This document shows, piece by piece, positions 60,166 through 64,000 of a stretch of 64,000 nucleotides of DNA. The notes under the pieces were generated by a model. That model saw only the letters and a list, made by a program, of their open reading frames with translations, was not told where the DNA came from and did no database searches. The translations under genes were made by a program, and so were the position numbers. The DNA lies in assembly GCA_964016885.1 (NCBI GenBank), contig OZ024741.1, forward strand, positions 15,128,001 through 15,192,000, read 5' to 3'. Within the stretch, counting starts at the first letter, position 1. Each line of letters begins with the position of its first letter. Source of the stretch: Eledone cirrhosa. Taxonomy: Eukaryota.

Positions 60166-60563
60166 ATGCTTTTTGACCTCGTTGTGGGCAGCATGGCATG
60201 GAAGCCGGCCGACACTGTTGCGACAGGAAAGCGGGTGGAGGCCAAAAAGTTCCTAGCGATACATTTTGTAGCTCATATTAAAATGTTGGTAGATAGTGGA
60301 AGTGCGTGGCAAGGGTGTTTGACTTACGATCATAATTTCGTGGGTTAGATTCTTGGGTTGTGTGTTGTGTTCTTGAACAAAACACTTCATTTCACACTGT
60401 TCCAGTATACATAGCTGAAAATAAGTACCACCAATACCGGGTGGGGGGGGGGGGGGGGAATAAACTTAATTTCTTCTCTAAATCTATTATTTTCCTGTTC
60501 TTTATCTTCAGTTGCAGTATTATCAAATACATACACACACACACACATACACACACACGCACA

Positions 60564-60707
<144 letters not shown>

Positions 60708-60914
60708 GGACTAGCGTCCGAAACGTTAAACCCTCGTCCTGCTATATTAAGCGTTAACCTAATATATCCCTTCCATATACTGTACTGATTGTGTTGTTAT
60801 TTCTGTTTACCTTTTACACACATATATATATATATATATATATACACTATATATATACATTAACATAAACATATATATATTTATATATGTCATATATTAT
60901 GATTATTATTATTA

Positions 60915-61070
60915 TTGAGGAGCTGGATGTTGAGTTCAAATATGGCTAAGGCTGACATTGCGTTCATCAATTTGAAAGATCAATAAAATAAGTACCAGCT
61001 GCGTATTGGTGTCCTTTGAATCCATAGTTCCTTCCTCTTAAAATATATGACTTAGTGTCTATCTTAGAAA
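60915..61070 (+). mobile_element. SINE fragment
   Basis: gagttcaaat...ttcatc...ataaaataagtaccagc. Confidence 0.55.
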
Positions 61071-62312
61071 TCTATATTGTTGCTGTGGACGCGGGCAAGG
61101 CTGAATGACGTCCCTGGCTCTTTCCTACTGCATGGCATCTTTGGTAAGGGTCTTTACCATAGATTCAGTTTCAGCCAAATCTTGTGAGTGAATTTGGGAA
61201 AACGAAAACTTCGTGGCAGCCCCCGCGGAAGGATTGTACCTATTATTCAAAGGCCTACTGATTTTCCTGAGAATTACTTCAAAGGCAGACCCGCATGGCT
61301 TAGTGGTAATGTTATTGGACTTACAAACATAATGTCGTAGGTTTGAGTCCTCGACTGGGTACAGTGTTGCTCCAATCTACTCAGCTGAAAAGGAGTACCA
61401 GTAATAGGTGAGGTTTTATCCCGGAGATGGACAGGTGTCCTTTCCAGAGAAAAGTCTTGTACTCTCAGTAGCTTAACGCCACAGAAACCAAATAATCAGC
61501 GGCTTCCGTACTTGAGACAGAGATTAGACTTTTAGAGTTCAAAGGTAGACATCTCTGTGCAAATACTCAGCCACTTTCACTTCAATACAAGAAGAATTGT
61601 GCCTTTTATTCACATATTCTTACTTGTTATATGGGGGTCACTCTGATTCGGCTTGAGAATTACGGTAAGGGTAGACGTGTCTGTGGATCAACCACCTCAT
61701 GATTTGAACGTCCAGTTGAACGAACAGTTAACATTTCAAAACTGACAGAGATATTTTAATATTTTCAGTAAGTCCTCGTTAAGTCTGAGCTAATGTTGTA
61801 ATATAGTTCCTCGTTGCTCTTTTCCTGTCGGGTTGAGGTCAAGCAAGCGTTAAGTTTTCCTTAAACTACGTTCCCTGTCAATGTTGTATTCTTAAAGACC
61901 TTAATACGATAGATGAATGATTGTATGAGAAGAAAGAAAGGATTCAGACTATACGCCCACCTGTATGTCCGTATAAAATATGCCACGAAAAGGGGTGAGG
62001 GCTAGGGGTTTAGATTAAAATAGATAAATAAAGAAAGAAGTGAAAATGTCTTCCATCTGTTTTATTTGATCCCTGTTGCAGTTAACAAATAGGGGTAGGG
62101 AGAAATACGAAAGAAAGGAACAAAGAAAGACAGAAAGCCAGGGTTTAAGAAATAAAAGCCTAAAACAAATTATGTATCTGCTTTTCTAAAAGGTAGGGGT
62201 GGGTTTCCTAGGAAAGACTCAGGTGAGATGTTGGTAGTCTAACAAGGTAATATAGTAAGAGGATTAGAGATAGGATTTATTACGGTCAAAAAGAAAAGAC
62301 AGATGAGCAGGG

Positions 62313-62360
<48 letters not shown>

Positions 62361-62752
62361 CTATCTTAGATATATCAAGGAGAATATCACACATAATTAG
62401 ATTGAGTTATATATTTATATCTATATATTTATATACAATATATTAATAAATGGAAACTATATTTAACTGTTAAGTGCTTTATATCAGTTATAAAAATGTT
62501 TAAGCTTATTGAATCCCAAGAAATTAAATATAACCTCTGCATATATATTTATATCTATACCTTTATATCTATATATTTATATGAATATATTTATATCTAT
62601 ATATTTATATATATATATTTATATCTATACATTTATATGTATATATTTACATCTGAATGAAGTATTTCCGTCGGAAAGGTCCAGGAAAAAAGAGTGCTCT
62701 ATGTAGGCTACAAAGCTTATTAGTTATGTAATAAACAACATAAGATAATTAT

Positions 62753-62814
62753 TTCATTTACCAGTGGTTTCTTGAAGGCAGATATTTATATCTGTCTTCA
62801 GTCGTCAGAATGAA
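62753..62814 (-). ncRNA. Type I hammerhead ribozyme motif in inverted PLE terminus
   Basis: Minus strand ttcatt-CTGACGA-ctgaagacagata taaa tatctgccttcaa-GAAA-ccactgg-TA-aatgaa: 6-bp stem I, long stem II, GUA site. Confidence 0.8.
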
Positions 62815-62844
62815 TAAATAACATTGTGTTTTTATTAAAATCAA

Positions 62845-64000
62845 CAATTTTATATTGTTGATTTTTACCCCTCTATTACGGAATCCTTATTAACTAAAGC
62901 TTTAGATTTTGCTAGACTTTTTATTAATATTTCTAAATTAGAAGAAGACGTTATCGTTCATGCTAGAAAAACACTACTCTTTGCTAATGAAGGTACTTGG
63001 GTTAACAAATCAAGCCCTGAAAACTCTTTTGATGTCGTGATGGGCTCATACGATAGCGCCGATATGTGCGACTTAGTAGGATATTCCTCCTCCACACCCT
63101 TAAAGAGAATTTCCTTGCCATAATATCGGTTTATACCGAGACGATGGTTTGGCAGTTTCTCATACGACCAACGGCCATAACCTTGATAAATTCCGTAAAG
63201 ACTTAATCAATGCCTTTGCTAACCTAAACCTAAAGTTTACTATAGATACGAATCTTACTAATACTAACTTCCTTGATATCAATCTTGACCTACTTATTGC
63301 CTCTTTTAAACCTTATAAACCTAATGAAAATTTAAGAGTCTTGTCATACCCCTATAGTCTTTAAAAATCTTATTCCTAACATTAGCCGTAGGATCTCTAC
63401 CTTATCTTCGTCTATAGATATTTTTAACAAAGCTGCCCCTTATTATAATAAGGCCCTCAATAACAGCGGCTTCACCGAACAAATTAAATATTTACCTACT
63501 CCTCTTTCTAACACTAAACACAATAACAGGAAAAGAAAAATTATTTGGTTTACACCTCCCTTCTCTCTAACTGTAAAAACTAACGTAGGAAGAAAATTCC
63601 TCGACCTTCTAGACAAACATTTTCCCCCTAATTATAAATATAAGATATCCAATAGAAATGTAGTTAAAATCAGCTACTCTTGCTGCCCATCAATGAAAAC
63701 TAAAATTACCAACTCTAATGGTACTAGAATAAATCCAGGATGCATTACAGGGCAAATGTAATACTAAATCTATTGTGTATGAGGCCAAATTGACACCGAT
63801 GATTAATAACCAGCTCGCCAGAAGTGAGCGATATGTTGGCATGACAGATTTAAAACCAGCTACTATGCACATGTCGCTTCTTTTAAACACCCTGAAAAAA
63901 GAACAGCAACGGCGCTGGCAAATATAGTGTGGGAGTTTAAAGACAAAAACATTCCATACACTATTGATTGGTCTATTTTAGACCATTAAAGAGAATGTCA
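62845..64000 (+). mobile_element. Penelope-like retroelement, degraded RT plus GIY-YIG (5'-truncated, runs off window)
   Basis: IVDFYPSI...FDVVMGSYDSADMCDLVG...IGLYRDDG...NFLDINLDL...ISRRIS.LSS...RKIIWFTPPFS...KHFP...KISYSC...GKC...IVYEA...YVGMT...VWEFKD, with several frameshifts. Confidence 0.9.

Overview
Eukaryotic, AT-rich and repeat-dominated window. It is saturated with (TA)n/(CA)n/(GA)n microsatellites and tRNA-derived SINEs, which resembles a cephalopod (Octopus-like) genome; this is inference only. Almost all ORF-track entries are repeat artefacts. The best gene candidate is not in the ORF track: a giant (about 7-8 kb) minus-strand, ~80% Thr mucin-like exon starting at a phase-1 acceptor at 7780, with two phase-compatible candidate upstream exons (25556-25628 and 28727-28989). 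The rest is retroelement debris: two Penelope-like element (PLE) fragments (RT and GIY-YIG), three CRE-like endonuclease fragments, RTE-, CR1- and Tx1-like LINE ends, and many SINEs. Reading by eye finds several type I hammerhead ribozyme (HHR) motifs and several long fold-back palindromes built from HHR-bearing PLE termini. One related copy begins exactly at a predicted ribozyme cleavage site. Tandem arrays include a 6.7-kb 36-bp satellite, a 51-bp array grown inside LINE RT coding sequence, and a 19-bp array rich in bZIP/bHLH motifs. One 200-N assembly gap is present. No CRISPR, rRNA or true tRNA genes were seen.
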